Virus record (IMG/VR): IMGVR_UViG_3300034683_000065 | Coordinates: 1 to 58,642 of that record | Source of the DNA: a virus | Lineage: Duplodnaviria; Caudoviricetes | Length of the DNA: 58,642 nt | Reading direction: 5' to 3' (one strand) | In this document: positions 56,872 to 58,642 of the stretch, one piece after another | How positions within the stretch are numbered: position 1 is the stretch's first letter | Layout: each line of letters begins with the position of its first letter | Translations under genes and position numbers: made by a program | Notes under the pieces: generated by a model | Told to the model about the DNA's origin: nothing | Database searches by the model: none | Seen by the model: only the letters and a program-made list of their open reading frames with translations

Positions 56872-56920
56872 CTCTTTTTTTTAACTCCGTAAAATCTTTA
56901 TGTGTAAAACGTATAAACTT

Positions 56921-56958
56921 AAAAAGGGAGAGCCCGCCGCTCTCGGTGAACTCTCCCT
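56921..56958 (-). terminator. Post-capsid terminator
   Basis: AGGGAGAG/CTCTCCCT stem with a T-run on the minus strand. Confidence 0.65.
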
Positions 56959-56977
56959 ACCGTTAGCTAGTCAAGAA

Positions 56978-57973
56978 TTAGTACTTCGTGACAGCGCACA
57001 TGAACTTGATGAGCCAAGCCGAGTTAAGGATAACAGCGGTCTGGCAGGTCTTCCAACCCACGTGACCACGCTGACCGAGGGGGTCAGAGTCGGACGGAGT
57101 GGGGTTGACGACCATGGGGGTCAGAGCATTGGCGCCCTTCAGGGGCACGATGCCGTACGAGTCACGAGCGATGACAAACGAGGTGTACACGTCAGCCTTG
57201 GTGCCGGTGGTGGACTCAACGTTGGTCGGAGTGTCACCAGTGTCGGGAGACACAGGCAGCAGCGTCGTCCACACGAAGCGAACACCTTCGACAGAACCAA
57301 TCTCGTTTTCCCAAGCGGACTGCTGACCGTAGTCAACGGCGTCCTTGAAGCCAGGGATGCTACGGATGTCGGCTTCCATGGAGGGGTGCACGATCCACAC
57401 GTAGGAGGGCTGGATGTTCTTGGTGTCGAAGCTGGGGGTAGAACGAACGATCGAGGTGATCGGACGAGCCATCTGCGAACGCATCTTGCGCAGAACCTTG
57501 CGCACGTCGCCAAGCGTGATAGCCTTGGCAACAGTGGCGGGGGACGTGGCAGCATCAGAGTACACAACGTTGGTCGAAGCGTTCAGAACGCCCATACGAA
57601 CCGTTTCGATCATCTGAGCGGCCTGCTCACCAAGGACTTCCACAGCGCTCTTCAGCACGGGGTCTTCGTTGGTGTCCATAACCATGTCAGAGATGATGAC
57701 GCGGTCACCGTACTGAGCCACAGTGGCGGTCACGTCCGTGGGGACGAGAGCCTTCGCCGGGGGCGTGGTGGCTTCGGTAAGGGCCTGCGGGGTCGCGTCG
57801 AGCGCTTCGAAGCGACGGAACTTGACAACCTTGGTGCTGTTGGTGGGCAGAACATAGGTCTGGCCAAACTTTTCCAGCACGAGGTAGGGCAGCGCCCGCA
57901 CGAGCATCTGCGTAGCAGCGTGAGCGCAAGTGCGGTTGCTGATGGTAGAAGTAGTATTGATAGTGTCAGCCAT
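56978..57973 (-). CDS. Major capsid protein, N4-gp56 family-like
   Basis: LEKFGQ...P.N....KFRR; QYG; NEIGSVEGVRF; DPLGQRG.VGWK. Confidence 0.92.
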   Translation of the reverse strand: MADTINTTSTISNRTCAHAATQMLVRALPYLVLEKFGQTYVLPTNSTKVVKFRRFEALDATPQALTEATTPPAKALVPTDVTATVAQYGDRVIISDMVMDTNEDPVLKSAVEVLGEQAAQMIETVRMGVLNASTNVVYSDAATSPATVAKAITLGDVRKVLRKMRSQMARPITSIVRSTPSFDTKNIQPSYVWIVHPSMEADIRSIPGFKDAVDYGQQSAWENEIGSVEGVRFVWTTLLPVSPDTGDTPTNVESTTGTKADVYTSFVIARDSYGIVPLKGANALTPMVVNPTPSDSDPLGQRGHVGWKTCQTAVILNSAWLIKFMCAVTKY

Positions 57974-58027
57974 TGTGATTAATTACTCCACACAGAGAAT
58001 ATTTTAGTTTTACTTTTACACACGCTT

Positions 58028-58642
58028 TTAAAAAGTACCTGCGCGGGCTCGCGCTTCGTACTCTTTGGCGTATGCGTCGAACGCTGCAGCAAAGTCGTCA
58101 GGGATTTCGTTAGACTTCTGCTCCTGCGGAGTGCTTTTCTTAGAAGGCACAGACAGTGCAGCAAGGACCTTCTTAACAATCGCGTCCTCGTCTGAGGGCT
58201 GATTCTTAGTCTGGGTCGGAGTCTTGGACGGAGAAGACTTACTTTGCGGTGCGTTGACGTTTTTGGTGCTCAAGTTCCTGGCTGCCTTGTAGTCGTTAAG
58301 AAGTGCGATCACTTGATCAGAGCTACCGCGCTCAGCGACGTACACTGCACCAGTCCGTGCTACAGGGGGAAGAGATTCTATCCACTGAAGCAGGTCGAAT
58401 CCGCCAACAATTTCGTCGAAGTCAGGGTGAGCGTTACGAATAGCGTTCAAGTGCGCGTTAGTTTCAGAAGTGTCGATGTGCGATTCGATAGGGCGAACAC
58501 GCTTATCTACCTCAGAAGTAACAGACTTCAGAGCTTTCTGAACCTGACGTTCAACGTACTCCTGCATCGGCTTAGCGAAGTCAGGAAACTCTTCCATGAG
58601 CTCCTTAAAAGAGTCAGGAAGATCGGGTTCGTCTGCAGCATC
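58028..58642 (-). CDS. Scaffolding protein, C-terminal part (joins 535..1)
   Basis: AIRNAHPDF...WIESLP; DDFAAAFD C-terminus; directly upstream of MCP. Confidence 0.8.
   Translation of the reverse strand, partial: DAADEPDLPDSFKELMEEFPDFAKPMQEYVERQVQKALKSVTSEVDKRVRPIESHIDTSETNAHLNAIRNAHPDFDEIVGGFDLLQWIESLPPVARTGAVYVAERGSSDQVIALLNDYKAARNLSTKNVNAPQSKSSPSKTPTQTKNQPSDEDAIVKKVLAALSVPSKKSTPQEQKSNEIPDDFAAAFDAYAKEYEARARAGTF

Noticed and set aside
58516-58642. 127-bp terminal repeat as a biological DTR
   Set aside because: It interrupts the scaffold ORF and equals a common k-mer length, so it is an assembly artefact

Overview
This window is a complete, circularly assembled genome of about 58,515 bp from a lytic podovirus-like tailed phage. 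Bases 1-127 equal bases 58516-58642, a typical k=127 assembly overlap. The architecture is convergent. On the + strand, early genes run from about 7.3 to 23 kb and replication/nucleotide genes from 23 to 37.8 kb (split primase and SF4 helicase, family A DNA polymerase, Cas4-like exonuclease, T7 endonuclease I-like resolvase, ThyX, ATP ligase, M15A endolysin, DHH phosphoesterase). The late block is on the - strand and runs from 5268 across the contig junction down to 37838 (TerS, TerL, portal, scaffold, N4-gp56-type capsid, adaptors, fibres, ejection proteins with LPD38, holin). The two blocks meet at a bidirectional terminator. I see no RNA polymerase, integrase, tRNA or CRISPR array. The most unusual content is non-coding: two ORF-free, heavily base-paired tracts of about 700 nt in the early region (7870-8610, with its own sigma70 promoter, nested long-range helices and repeated loop-E-like modules; and 14731-15435) that look like giant ornate ncRNAs. 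Also notable are a small ArfA-like ORF with a terminator inside its coding sequence, a family of RNase III-like intergenic hairpins, three copies of a fixed-spacing DNA dyad, and three (TA)n-centred AT islands. All calls come from reading motifs by eye; no searches or folding programs were run.
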